From IMG/VR virus record IMGVR_UViG_3300028593_001667: a DNA stretch of 64,000 nucleotides; one strand, 5' to 3'. Of the stretch, positions 1 to 9,854 are shown piece after piece (position 1 is the stretch's first letter; every line of letters begins with the position of its first letter). The stretch comes from a virus. The notes under the pieces are model-generated. The model was not told the DNA's origin and searched no databases. It was given only the letters and a program-made list of their open reading frames with translations. A program made the translations under genes and the position numbers.

Positions 1-710
1 CTCAGATCATTACAACCATTGTGAAAGCAATCCCTGAAATCATCGCTGCCATTGTCAATGCCTTTGCCGGAAACATCGACAAGATCATTCTGGCTGGAGT
101 AGAACTCTTTGTTTCGCTCATTGAAAACCTCCCGACCATCATCGTGGAGATTGTCAAAGCGGTGCCGGAGATTATTGCGGGCATTGTCAGCGCTTTCGGT
201 TCGCTCATGTACAAGATCGTCGAAGTCGGCGGCAATATCGTGAAAGGTCTCTGGGAAGGTATCAAGGGACTCGCCGGCTGGATCTGGGATAAGGTGTCCG
301 GCTGGGCATCCGATCTCTGGGGTGGGATCAAGAGCTTCTTTGGCATCAGCTCTCCCTCCAAGGAGATGGCCTGGATCGGCGAAATGCTGGTGGAAGGTCT
401 GGCTGGTGCCATTGAACATACAGGCGACGATGCTGTCAAAGCCAGCGTGGATTTAGCAAAAGATATCAACGATGTGATGGGTCAGCTCGGAGAAGACATG
501 AGCGTAGCCCTTCCTACTGATTTTAAGGTCAATGCCGAAACGGCCGTCAGCAGTGTGGCAGGAGGCTTTGCCCTCGGAGAAGGGACTTTCCAAATTACTA
601 TCGAGCAGATGTTTGTCCGAAGCGACGATGATATCAGGCGGGTCTCGCAGGAACTTTATGACCTCATGCAGGCAGGTTCCAGAGCGCAGGGCCGCTTTGT
701 GCCGGCTTAA
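1..710 (+). CDS. Tail tape measure protein, C-terminal part (5' end outside the window)
   Basis: Amphipathic repeats (AIPEIIAAIV), GGNIVKGLWEGI and FFGISSPSK motifs; closely similar to the C-terminus of 54639-57239. Confidence 0.93.
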   Translation, partial: QIITTIVKAIPEIIAAIVNAFAGNIDKIILAGVELFVSLIENLPTIIVEIVKAVPEIIAGIVSAFGSLMYKIVEVGGNIVKGLWEGIKGLAGWIWDKVSGWASDLWGGIKSFFGISSPSKEMAWIGEMLVEGLAGAIEHTGDDAVKASVDLAKDINDVMGQLGEDMSVALPTDFKVNAETAVSSVAGGFALGEGTFQITIEQMFVRSDDDIRRVSQELYDLMQAGSRAQGRFVPA

Positions 711-722
711 AGGAGGAGACGG

Positions 723-1499
723 ATGGGATTTATCTATAACGACATATCCTCGCAGGAAATGGGCGTCAAGGCGAGACTTCTCTCCTGGCAGGTATCGGGC
801 GCACTGCGAAACTACAGCACATCCATTCCTGGAAAATACGGAGCAGCGGACTTCGGATCGGATCTCGACAGCCGGGAAATCAGCGTGTCCTGTTCCATCT
901 TTCCGAAGCTTCGTTTTGAAAATTTGGTAGCTGAACTCGATCAGATTGCCCTCTGGCTCTCGCCTTTGGACGGCTTAAAGCAGCTCATCTTTGACGAAGT
1001 GCCCGACCGCTATTTTATGGCAAGGCTGAAAGACAAGGTGGATTGCGAACGGGTCATCCGGGCAGCAGGACGCTTTGAACTGAAGTTCTTTTGCCCCGAT
1101 CCCTTTTCCTATGCCGTGGAAGATGAGAATTTTGTTTTGACAGAGACAGGAACACATACCGTGACGAGATTACTTGGCAATATCGAGTCCGCTCCGGTCT
1201 ATGCCTTACAGGGAGAACTGACAAAAACACCTAACAACTACATCTCTGTCTCTGTGAGTGGCGCAGAGATGAAGCTGGTGAATGCCAGTCTTTCACCCGG
1301 TGAGACACTTTTTATTGATACAGAGAATATGACGGCTTATGTCAAAGCTCAAAACGGCACGATTCTTAGAAACGGACTGCCGCTCTTACAGGAGCTGAAC
1401 TTTCCTGAGCTTCGAGTCGGTGGCAATGAGATCGTGATTGAAGCGAGCAACGCCGTATTTACCGAACTCAAGATACAGGCAAAAAGTCGCTGGAGGTAG
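723..1499 (+). CDS. Distal tail protein (Dit, Sipho_tail family)
   Basis: Follows the tape measure gene; LIFDEVPDRYFMAR and FFCPDPFSY motifs; AGGAGG RBS. Confidence 0.88.
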   Translation: MGFIYNDISSQEMGVKARLLSWQVSGALRNYSTSIPGKYGAADFGSDLDSREISVSCSIFPKLRFENLVAELDQIALWLSPLDGLKQLIFDEVPDRYFMARLKDKVDCERVIRAAGRFELKFFCPDPFSYAVEDENFVLTETGTHTVTRLLGNIESAPVYALQGELTKTPNNYISVSVSGAEMKLVNASLSPGETLFIDTENMTAYVKAQNGTILRNGLPLLQELNFPELRVGGNEIVIEASNAVFTELKIQAKSRWR

Positions 1500-1501
1500 A
1501 G

Positions 1502-4027
1502 ATGGCACTTAAAACAATCCTTAACAGACAGGAAGACTTTACTGGTGAGTTTCCGAAAGAGCATGCCATGTCCGGGCTCTGGCGTTTTAACGATGACGCC
1601 TGGGATGAAAATGGTCTTTTGACGGACAGCTCCGGACAAAACAGAAAGCTTGAAGTTGTAAACCGCACCGGCGTGACGGCAGGCCTTGTTTCCGGTGGTC
1701 TTGGTGGCTCAATTAAGATCAACCTTAACGATCCCGCTAATGAAAAAACCTACCTGAAAGCCGCCAATGACGGCACGTTCTTTCGGGACTTAGGCGATAC
1801 CATCGCTGTCGGCGGCTGGATGATGCCGACCATTTACTCCGTCGGCAACACCTACTGTCCGCTCTTTAATACCCGGTACGGTCCGGGTCAGCCGATCTTC
1901 TATCTGTCGCTCTTTCAAGGACGTCCCCGCATCATGCTCTATAACGAAGCGGGATCGCTCATTTTGGACAGGACAACGTCACCGTCCTTTGCCATGCAAA
2001 ACGGCGGCACCTACTTTATCTGCTGCCTGATTAGGGCAAACGACAAGACAGCGCAGTATTTTCTGGGTGACCGCTCAGATGGCAAAAACTGGATCTCGCC
2101 CGTCTACTCTTTTACAGACGAGCTAAACCGCAGCTCCGTGGCGGATATCATTATGGGAATGCACGCTGGAAGCTACTGGTATGCGGGCGGCTTTGATGAC
2201 TGGTTTTTGGATACCAACTCAAGCCTTGCGATAGCGGATGTCGAAGACTTTTTTCTCTCTTCTCTCTCGGCAAACGGCGGGATTCACACGTCCACGGTCG
2301 ATGCCACGGCCGAACCCGACAAGGTCATCCTAAGAGCAGTCGACGGGAATTTTCCTACAAACGGCGAGCTGATCACAAGAGCCCTGCCCTTAAGCCTTTC
2401 TGGCAATGGGAGAGTTTCTATCACAAAAGAATACGAAGCGGGAGTGACTGATATTTCGAAGGTAGAGATAGCAACAAGTAAAGACCGTCTTAGCTGGAGC
2501 TCTTGGGAAACACTCCCGCTGGACGGTTCGCTCCCCACGGGGAGCAGTTCATATATTCGCTTTCGCTTAACCCTTACGACGGGTGATCCGAAAAAGACGC
2601 CGAAGCTCGTGGATATCCGTATCTATGACATACCGAAAGCCCCCTATGAGCGAATTGGCTATGCCAGGCCGGTGCTCCTGGACAGAGACGGCGCCTGGGA
2701 AGCGGTGCTGGAAAATGCCTACGACATCATTGTCACAGGCGAGGTCAACGGCGAAGATACGCTCTCTTTCAAGCTCCCATTCCGGGATGCCAAGCGCCGC
2801 TTTTTGGAGAATGAAAAGAAGATCCAGATCGTGGATGATATCTATAAAATCCGTACGGTGAGCGACATTAAAGATATGCAGGGCGGCACGGTGACGGAAG
2901 TCTATGCGGAAGCCGAGTTTTATGACTTAAATGTCAGCATCAGAAAGCCTGAGAAAAGCTTTGACGCAGAGACACCGGAAGCGGCGATGGCTTTTGCCCT
3001 GGAAGGCACGGAGTGGAGTGTCGGCACGGTGTGTGTCAGGACAAAACGCACTTGGATTTCTACGGAAAAGAATGCGCTCTCGGTGCTGAGGGCGGTGGCA
3101 GATCTTCACGGCGGAGACCTTGTCTTTGACTGCCCGAATCGGCTGGTGCACCTCTTTACGGTGAGCGGCAAAGACTCAGGCGCGCTATTTGCCTACAAGA
3201 AGAATATGAAAAGCATCAAGCGGGTCGTGGACACGAGAAGCCTGGTGACAAGACTTTATGCCACAGGGCAGGACGGACTGACCTTTGCCGATATCAACGG
3301 CGGCAAGCCCTATCTGGAAGACTTCACTTTTACAAATGACATCCGCATTTCTTCACTCGACCTGTCCTCCTTTACGAACCCCTATCAGATGAAGGAGTAT
3401 ACCGCCATGCGGCTGGCGCAGTATGCCAAGCCGAAGGTCTCCTATGTCTTAAATGCGATGGACTTATCCGTCCTCACAGGCTTTGAACACGAAGCCTGGT
3501 CGCTTGGCGATTATGTGCGGGTGGAGGATAAGGAACTGGGACTCAGCGTCACAACAAGGATAGTCCGTCGGGAGTACAACTTGCAGGAGCCTTGGAACAC
3601 GGTGCTGGAATTATCCACCACCTTAAAGAACCTCGGTTCATCTGTGAGCCGGCTTGAAACCGTGGCAGATTCGCTGCAGGGCGCAGGTGCTTTCTCAGGT
3701 GGCAACATCTCCGATATGGTGCCCTTCAATCATCTGAAAAACGCCCGCGCCGACGACGGCATGGCAAACTGGACGAACTCCGGCTTTGAAGCGGTCGCAG
3801 AAACGGGCGGTTCCGGCACAGCGGCCTTTAAGGCGGAGGGCACGCCGGGACTTACGAAGTGGATGGCACAGACTGTCTATCCTTCCAACAGAAAGAGCTA
3901 CACGCTCTCTCTTGCCATCGCTTCGGAAAATTTGGAAAAACTATCAGATGTTTCTCAGGTCGGCGTGGAGGTGGTCATCGAGTACGAGGATGGCAGCACG
4001 GAAACGCGCTTTATTGACCTGTACTAA
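1502..4027 (+). CDS. Tail spike / Tal-like protein with N-terminal LamG-like domain and prophage tail endopeptidase domain
   Basis: Follows Dit; AVLENAYDI, KKNMKSIKRVVDTRSLVTRLYA and LGDYVRVED motifs. Confidence 0.85.
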   Translation: MALKTILNRQEDFTGEFPKEHAMSGLWRFNDDAWDENGLLTDSSGQNRKLEVVNRTGVTAGLVSGGLGGSIKINLNDPANEKTYLKAANDGTFFRDLGDTIAVGGWMMPTIYSVGNTYCPLFNTRYGPGQPIFYLSLFQGRPRIMLYNEAGSLILDRTTSPSFAMQNGGTYFICCLIRANDKTAQYFLGDRSDGKNWISPVYSFTDELNRSSVADIIMGMHAGSYWYAGGFDDWFLDTNSSLAIADVEDFFLSSLSANGGIHTSTVDATAEPDKVILRAVDGNFPTNGELITRALPLSLSGNGRVSITKEYEAGVTDISKVEIATSKDRLSWSSWETLPLDGSLPTGSSSYIRFRLTLTTGDPKKTPKLVDIRIYDIPKAPYERIGYARPVLLDRDGAWEAVLENAYDIIVTGEVNGEDTLSFKLPFRDAKRRFLENEKKIQIVDDIYKIRTVSDIKDMQGGTVTEVYAEAEFYDLNVSIRKPEKSFDAETPEAAMAFALEGTEWSVGTVCVRTKRTWISTEKNALSVLRAVADLHGGDLVFDCPNRLVHLFTVSGKDSGALFAYKKNMKSIKRVVDTRSLVTRLYATGQDGLTFADINGGKPYLEDFTFTNDIRISSLDLSSFTNPYQMKEYTAMRLAQYAKPKVSYVLNAMDLSVLTGFEHEAWSLGDYVRVEDKELGLSVTTRIVRREYNLQEPWNTVLELSTTLKNLGSSVSRLETVADSLQGAGAFSGGNISDMVPFNHLKNARADDGMANWTNSGFEAVAETGGSGTAAFKAEGTPGLTKWMAQTVYPSNRKSYTLSLAIASENLEKLSDVSQVGVEVVIEYEDGSTETRFIDLY

Positions 4028-4038
4028 GGAGGCGGCTT

Positions 4039-4236
4039 ATGGCTTATTTCAGAACGGCAAAAGATACCATTCAGCCGAAGGGCTACCGCTCAAAACTAAA
4101 ATCCATCACGGTGCGGGTCTTTATCTCTGACTGCACGGGGAAAATCCTTGTGACGGACCTCCTGCTTCAGGGCGGCTCGGTCGCTACCGGCTGGGTTGGA
4201 CATCCCTCAGAGATCCGCTTTTCGCTTGACGGTTAG
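4039..4236 (+). CDS. Small tail-associated protein (65 aa)
   Basis: Strong RBS (AAGGAGG); conserved homologue at 60574-60771. Confidence 0.8.
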   Translation: MAYFRTAKDTIQPKGYRSKLKSITVRVFISDCTGKILVTDLLLQGGSVATGWVGHPSEIRFSLDG

Positions 4237-4244
4237 GTGATCGT

Positions 4245-4820
4245 ATGCAGAAATTTTACAGGCTTTCTGAAACCGTCAATAAAAAAAGCGAGTCCCGAGT
4301 GGTTTCGGTCACGATAAAGCCGATCTTAAAAGATATGTCAGGCATCGTCTGGCTAACGGACTTGATGCTCCAGGAAGGCGACCGACTGACAGGCTTTCTG
4401 CCACATACGGAGACTTTATTGAAAAAACACAGCGTGGACGGTGCCGTGCGTGAGCCGGTCTGGTATAACGCTATCGTCCGAGGGAGAGAAACGCTGATTC
4501 TTTTTAACCTTGGCAAGACCTCGGCGGGACTTGATATCAAGCTCTATCCGAAGACCGACCTCGCAGAAGGAAGCGTGACTTTAGCTCAAGGCGTGGGCGG
4601 ACAGTGGGCACATTTTCCAGGAGCACTTTTGGCAGGAGACGAGCTGGAAGTGGATGCGCTTAACCGAACCGCAACAAAAAACGGTCAGCCCTTCACAAAG
4701 GAGGGCTTTTATCAGTACAGCGCCGTCTGGGATTCCAAGCACATCGTGGACGTGGGCGAGAAAAAGTCGGCAAGACTTCTTTTTACTCTGCAGGAAATGG
4801 AGGACGGAGGTGATTTTTGA
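4245..4820 (+). CDS. Tail-associated protein (191 aa)
   Basis: Within the tail operon; conserved homologue at 60776-61348. Confidence 0.8.
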   Translation: MQKFYRLSETVNKKSESRVVSVTIKPILKDMSGIVWLTDLMLQEGDRLTGFLPHTETLLKKHSVDGAVREPVWYNAIVRGRETLILFNLGKTSAGLDIKLYPKTDLAEGSVTLAQGVGGQWAHFPGALLAGDELEVDALNRTATKNGQPFTKEGFYQYSAVWDSKHIVDVGEKKSARLLFTLQEMEDGGDF

Positions 4821-7279
4821 TGGATATCTTAAAGGGCCGTGAGGTCATGGTATGGACCTTCATGGGCAATGCCCGCATGTGGGAAGCCCTGCAAAAGTAC
4901 GGAGACCGCATCAGTCAGATCGGTCTTTTTTCTTTTAAGGTCAGAGGCACAGGCGAGATCTATGAGACGGGTGTCGCCATCTCCGACATGATGACCTATG
5001 TCAATAAATGGCCGCATATCCGCTGGCTTTTAACCGTTGCTAACGATGGTTATAACTCTATCTTCCGTGCCATCCGTGAAAACACAAACGGTGCGCAGGA
5101 TATGTTTTTATCTGAGCTTATCCGCATCATGGATAAATATCCATGGTGTGACGGTGTGGACATTGACCTCGAAGGCGGAGGTGATTATTCCACAGCGCAG
5201 AGGTCAACGGCCATGTTTCAAAACATCTACCGGACGGTGAAAAGCTACAATGCTGCCAAACGGGTCAATATTTGCCTTCCCGGCATGACCTCGGTGAACG
5301 GCTCGGTCGGCGGCGAGAACTGGTGCGTTTATGCTGATCTCGCTCCCTATTGCGATACGGCATCCATCATGAGCTATGGCATGGCCTGGGCAGGTTCTGC
5401 TCCGGGACCCGTGTCTCCCCGTGACTGGCTGGAGGGCATCTACGAGTACGCTTCCGCCGTGATGCCGTCCGGTAAAATTTATCTTGGCATTCCCGCCTAT
5501 GGCTGGAACTGGCAGATTTATGACACGCCGGAAAACTTAGGCGATTACTATCGGGGCGTTTCCCATACCTACTACGGCGCGAAAAACTGGATGACGGGTT
5601 TTTATCAGTTTAAGGATACCGACCCTCCATCACCGCAGATCCCCATCGCTGCCTACTGGGATGACTACAACAAAGTCCCCTGGGCACTGCCGCATGTCTA
5701 CGACTACATGGAAGGCCAAGATGCTGAAAGATATGCCTATCCTTTGATGAGCGAAGTTTACAAAAGAAGGCGCTACCTTACGTCCTACGGTAAGACACAA
5801 AAGAAAGAATTTGACGGCATCATCGTGGAGCGAAATGCCATGCCGGACAGCTATTCAGGCGTGGTTTCCGTCTCTGAAAAAATGTTGACGCTGGGTGACG
5901 GCGGAAGCGCTGCTTATAACTTTACGGTGGAAGAATCGGGCATCTATGACATCGCTGTGAATATCGGCTTTCCCTTTTGGAATAAAAATAGTCTTTATCT
6001 TTCGCTCGACGGCGCAAGTAAGCTTTATGAGGAAAAACGACTCTGGTGGCCTTATTGGCGGACGACCTTTTGGAAAAAGGCATGGAGCGGCGCATCGCTT
6101 GCGGCTGGCTCGCACACCTTTACGGTATCCGTATCCGCACCGGGCGTTCAAGTCTATGGCTTTAAGGTCTGCCGCAGCTTTACGGAAAGTACGGTCTGCG
6201 GCGCAGCGGACTACCTGCTCTCACCGAGGAAATTCAAAGATATCAACGGTGTGATGGTGGGGCCAAGAGAAGGCTTTAAGTTGACCTTCGAGATGCTCAG
6301 GCGAAAGGCTGACTCGGCTCTTATTTGGTATGAGGATTTCAGAGATGACACGCCGTTGCCTGATTCCTACTGGACAGCCCTTGATGGCGAGTGGTCTGTC
6401 TGGCAGGACGAGGAAGAAAACTATCGGCCTTATTCGCAGCTGGAAGGCTACGGGCGGCTTGCTTTGAAGTATGGGTCTTTCACAGACCTCCACCTTCGGG
6501 CGCAGATGATTTTTCCTGAAAGCTTTACAGGAAGGGCTGGCATTTTTCTTGGTAATCTCTTCTGTTGCTTTAACTATGAAGCACAGGCCGTGGAACTTTA
6601 TGAGGGCTCTGTCCTTAAAGGTTCCTTTGCGACCTCTTTTGAAAAGACGCCGGAAGGAGAGATTCGGGCTTCACCTTCTGTCTACACGATTGAGCTGCGA
6701 AAGCGTGGCGATAAGATCCGAGTTTATTCCGGTTCGTCCAGAACGCTTCGCTTTACAGCAACGGTTAATGACACAGGCGGCTTTACCGGAATCCGCTCGG
6801 ACAGTTACGTCCACTGCCAGCTTCTACGGGTCGGTGATGCCTACACCTACGAGCCCTATGAACGCTTTGACGTGGCAATGCCGGACGGAAGCGTTGCGAG
6901 CTTTGGGCGCATCGATAGGACGGGTGTCACCTGGGACGAGGAGTTTCAGGTCTTTACAGTCAATTCCGACATTGAGGAGCACGAGACCAGGACGGAGGAG
7001 ATATCACTTGATTATGAGTTTTTCCACTCAGGCCTTTTGAGTCTCACCTGCGGAAACGACTATCCGGTAAAGATTATCCCGAGAGATATCAACGTCTGGA
7101 TATCACGGCTGTTCCTTGGCGACTCGGATGGTTTTTCCATCCTCTACTACCAGGATGTGGACAGCATCATCTATTGGATGAACGAAGCAGCCTATCGATG
7201 GAAGCTTCGAGGAGTCTGTATGTGGTCGCTTGGCCAGGAAGATTTAAGGCTCTGGGATTGGCTGCCGAAGCAAAACTAA
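4817..7279 (+). CDS. Glycoside hydrolase family 18 protein with a large beta-rich insertion, in the tail module
   Basis: GH18 catalytic DGVDIDLE (DxDxE), MSYG, LGIPAYG and terminal RGVCMWSLGQED motifs. Confidence 0.87.
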   Translation: MMDILKGREVMVWTFMGNARMWEALQKYGDRISQIGLFSFKVRGTGEIYETGVAISDMMTYVNKWPHIRWLLTVANDGYNSIFRAIRENTNGAQDMFLSELIRIMDKYPWCDGVDIDLEGGGDYSTAQRSTAMFQNIYRTVKSYNAAKRVNICLPGMTSVNGSVGGENWCVYADLAPYCDTASIMSYGMAWAGSAPGPVSPRDWLEGIYEYASAVMPSGKIYLGIPAYGWNWQIYDTPENLGDYYRGVSHTYYGAKNWMTGFYQFKDTDPPSPQIPIAAYWDDYNKVPWALPHVYDYMEGQDAERYAYPLMSEVYKRRRYLTSYGKTQKKEFDGIIVERNAMPDSYSGVVSVSEKMLTLGDGGSAAYNFTVEESGIYDIAVNIGFPFWNKNSLYLSLDGASKLYEEKRLWWPYWRTTFWKKAWSGASLAAGSHTFTVSVSAPGVQVYGFKVCRSFTESTVCGAADYLLSPRKFKDINGVMVGPREGFKLTFEMLRRKADSALIWYEDFRDDTPLPDSYWTALDGEWSVWQDEEENYRPYSQLEGYGRLALKYGSFTDLHLRAQMIFPESFTGRAGIFLGNLFCCFNYEAQAVELYEGSVLKGSFATSFEKTPEGEIRASPSVYTIELRKRGDKIRVYSGSSRTLRFTATVNDTGGFTGIRSDSYVHCQLLRVGDAYTYEPYERFDVAMPDGSVASFGRIDRTGVTWDEEFQVFTVNSDIEEHETRTEEISLDYEFFHSGLLSLTCGNDYPVKIIPRDINVWISRLFLGDSDGFSILYYQDVDSIIYWMNEAAYRWKLRGVCMWSLGQEDLRLWDWLPKQN

Positions 7280-7300
7280 ACAAATAAATATTTATCACGG

Positions 7301-7337
7301 AAAAAAGTGTCTGCCCATGTGCAGGCATTTTTTATTT
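7301..7337 (+). terminator. Terminator-like hairpin between tail and lysis genes
   Basis: aagtgtctgc-ccatgt-gcaggcattt followed by a T-run; same stem at 63841-63873. Confidence 0.6.
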
Positions 7338-7354
7338 GGAAGGAGGGCTTCAAC

Positions 7355-7768
7355 ATGAAACACATCTGGAATACCGTTCAGGCAGCATTTGCTGCTGTAG
7401 GCGGGGCTGTCGGCTGGTTTATCGGAGGGCTGGACGGCTTTCTTTTTGCCCTGATTGCCTTTGTCATAACGGACTACATCACAGGCGTGCTTTGCGCCAT
7501 CGAGGACAAACAACTTTCAAGCAAAGTCGGCTTTAAGGGAATCGCAAGAAAGGTCTTGATCCTCACACTGGTCGGTATTGGAAACATTCTTGATACCGCT
7601 GTCTTGAAGAATGGCAGTGCCATTAGAACCGCCGTCATCTTTTTCTATCTCTCAAACGAGGGCATTTCTATTCTGGAAAATGCAGCTCATTTGGGGCTGC
7701 CGATTCCGAAGGCTCTGAGAAACATGCTGGAAGCAATTAATGAGGAGGACGAAGATGAATCTGAATAA
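7355..7768 (+). CDS. Holin (toxin secretion/phage lysis holin family)
   Basis: Hydrophobic helices; DYITG, GFKGIARK and NEGISILENAAHLGLPIP motifs; AAGGAGG RBS before ATG 7355. Confidence 0.92.
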   Translation: MKHIWNTVQAAFAAVGGAVGWFIGGLDGFLFALIAFVITDYITGVLCAIEDKQLSSKVGFKGIARKVLILTLVGIGNILDTAVLKNGSAIRTAVIFFYLSNEGISILENAAHLGLPIPKALRNMLEAINEEDEDESE

Positions 7769-8897
7769 ACTGATTTTCACGGAAAACGCCTGCTACAAGG
7801 CGGGACGAAAGATTAAAGTGCAGGGCATCATGGTGCACTCGACGGGTGCAAACAACCCATTTCTGAAACGCTACGTCGGCCCCGATGACGGAAAGCTCGG
7901 AAAGAATCAATACAATAACCACTGGAATCAGCCGATGGACAGGCAGGTCTGTGTGCATGGGTTCATCGGGAAGCTCGAGGACGGAACTATTGCCACCTAT
8001 CAGACGCTTCCTTGGGATCATCGAGGTTGGCATGCTGGGGGAGCGGCCAACAACACCCACACCAGCTTTGAAATTTGTGAGGATGGTCTGAATGACGAAA
8101 GCTACCTGAAGGCGGTCTGGAAAGAAGCGACGGAACTTTGCGCTTATCTCTGTAAACTCTACAAACTCGATCCCATGAAGGACGGCGTGATCATCGGCCA
8201 CTATGAGGGGCATCAGCGCGGGCTTGCTTCCAATCATGGCGATCCAAGACACTGGTTCTCTCGCTTTGGAAAGAGCATGGATGATTTCAGGCGTGACGTA
8301 AAAGGCTTGATGAACACAGCAGAAAACGAAGAAAAGCCGAAGCCTGCTCCAAGCGAGGACTATCCGGCAAAACTCACAGAGGGTTACTACCGGGTACGAA
8401 AGTCCTGGGCAGATAAGAAAAGTCAGATCGGTGCATATAAGATACTCGTCAATGCCAAGAAAAAGGCGGACGAGAACAAAGGCTACTGTGTTTTTGCCGA
8501 AAATGGCACAAAGATTTATCCGAAGGATGAACCCGTGCAGCCTTCTGAAACTGGGCAGGTTCATATCGTCAAAAGCGGCGACAGTCTCTGGAAGATTGCT
8601 AAAACTTATCTTGGTGACGGAAGTCGCTATCCGGAAATCAAGCTCTTAAATGGCCTGACCTCGAATGTCATCTATGCCGGACAGAAGCTGAAGCTTCCTG
8701 TATCAGCGTATCTGAAGGTTGGTGACAAAGTAAAAGTCACTGCTTCCCGCTACGCCACGGGACAGGCTATCCCCGGCTGGGTGAAAGAACGGACACACAC
8801 CGTCTCACAGATTGAAAAGGACAAAGTCCTGCTCGGCTGGCCGGACGGCATTGCATCCTGGGTGCTCTTGGATGGCGTAAAGAAAATTTATGATTGA
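7755..8897 (+). CDS. Endolysin: N-acetylmuramoyl-L-alanine amidase with LysM and a C-terminal wall-binding domain
   Basis: IMVHSTGA, GWHAG, FEICED, SNHGDP; LysM HIVKSGDSLWKIA...IYAGQKLKLP. Confidence 0.92.
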   Translation: MNLNKLIFTENACYKAGRKIKVQGIMVHSTGANNPFLKRYVGPDDGKLGKNQYNNHWNQPMDRQVCVHGFIGKLEDGTIATYQTLPWDHRGWHAGGAANNTHTSFEICEDGLNDESYLKAVWKEATELCAYLCKLYKLDPMKDGVIIGHYEGHQRGLASNHGDPRHWFSRFGKSMDDFRRDVKGLMNTAENEEKPKPAPSEDYPAKLTEGYYRVRKSWADKKSQIGAYKILVNAKKKADENKGYCVFAENGTKIYPKDEPVQPSETGQVHIVKSGDSLWKIAKTYLGDGSRYPEIKLLNGLTSNVIYAGQKLKLPVSAYLKVGDKVKVTASRYATGQAIPGWVKERTHTVSQIEKDKVLLGWPDGIASWVLLDGVKKIYD

Positions 8898-8901
8898 AAT
8901 C

Positions 8902-8953
8902 AGCCCTGCAGTTTAGGCTCTGTTTGAACAAGAACTTCAGGGCTTTTTATTTT
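8902..8953 (+). terminator. Intrinsic terminator after the endolysin
   Basis: agccctg...cagggct stem followed by TTTTATTTT. Confidence 0.65.
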
Positions 8954-9034
8954 CGGTATTAGGTTAGCGGTCCATTAAACGAACAATACAATGTATGCTA
9001 AATATGACATTATATAAAATAGGAGGATATCTTA

Positions 9035-9616
9035 ATGATAGAAGGACTACACCCAACCGTTGATGCCGTAAAAGAATACCTTAATCGATGGGATTCACTG
9101 GAAAACTACGTTTTGCAGGAAAAGAGTTTGGATAAATTATTCTTCGATACCTATCCTCACAACACTGACATAAGCGATATCTTGGTCAAGGCATCAACAC
9201 TTAATGATTTCTATAGTACGAATATATTCTCGATCTTCCCTGTTGCAAAGCATATTCTTGAGCTTGATATAGATGAGAGGCTACAAGCAGGTGATGAGGG
9301 CTTAGTAAACGACATAGCGTTAGTCGATATGGGCGGAGGAAAACGCAACTTTTACTCATTCGCAACAAAATACTGCAGTCATCATTTTCCACTACTCTAT
9401 CCCATTTATGACAGTTATGTTGATAAGGTGCTGATGGAATTTAAAAAAAGAGATCACTTTTCGAAATTCATTAAGAGTGACTTAAAAGATTACGGTAAGT
9501 TCAAATCAATCGTTATCGCTTTCAGAGATTATTATGGATTGAATGAATTTAGCTTGAAAGATGTAGATCGGTATCTGTGGCAGTTGGGAAAGGAAAAATT
9601 TCCCTTAAAGTACTGA
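9035..9616 (+). CDS. Conserved hypothetical moron, possibly helix-hairpin-helix glycosylase-like
   Basis: AT-rich 193-aa ORF with AGGAGG RBS; SFATKYCSHHFPLLYPIYDSYV and DVDRYLW motifs. Confidence 0.6.
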   Translation: MIEGLHPTVDAVKEYLNRWDSLENYVLQEKSLDKLFFDTYPHNTDISDILVKASTLNDFYSTNIFSIFPVAKHILELDIDERLQAGDEGLVNDIALVDMGGGKRNFYSFATKYCSHHFPLLYPIYDSYVDKVLMEFKKRDHFSKFIKSDLKDYGKFKSIVIAFRDYYGLNEFSLKDVDRYLWQLGKEKFPLKY

Positions 9617-9656
9617 AATAAAACAGTGAAAATTATGTTGGGCTGAGGTGAAATTC

Positions 9657-9854
9657 ATGAAAACGATCAGAATCAGAGTAACAGATGATGAGTACGCTCA
9701 TCTCGAGGACATGGTTGGCAATGATCTTGATCCAGATCAGACTATGGAAGAATTCGTATTAGAAGTGTTAGCAGATAGCTTGCCGTACTTGAGGCCAAAC
9801 CATTGGCCAAAAAACAGGTTGGTAGATTACGAGCCAGTACAATTCCAAAATTGA
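9657..9854 (+). CDS. Small protein, possible ribbon-helix-helix DNA-binding protein
   Basis: N-terminus MKTIRIRVTDDEYAHLEDM has the RHH strand-then-helix pattern; GAGGTG RBS. Confidence 0.5.
   Translation: MKTIRIRVTDDEYAHLEDMVGNDLDPDQTMEEFVLEVLADSLPYLRPNHWPKNRLVDYEPVQFQN

Noticed and set aside
2..469. 155-aa minus-strand ORF with a matching 155-aa ORF at 56531-56998
   Set aside because: Antisense shadow of the conserved tape measure frame; its conservation follows from the sense gene
4020..4045. Frameshift or readthrough joining the tail spike to the 65-aa ORF
   Set aside because: The small ORF has its own RBS-like sequence in both prophages and no slippery heptamer is evident
7737..8564. 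275-aa minus-strand ORF overlapping the endolysin
   Set aside because: Antisense to a well-supported gene, with no recognisable motifs
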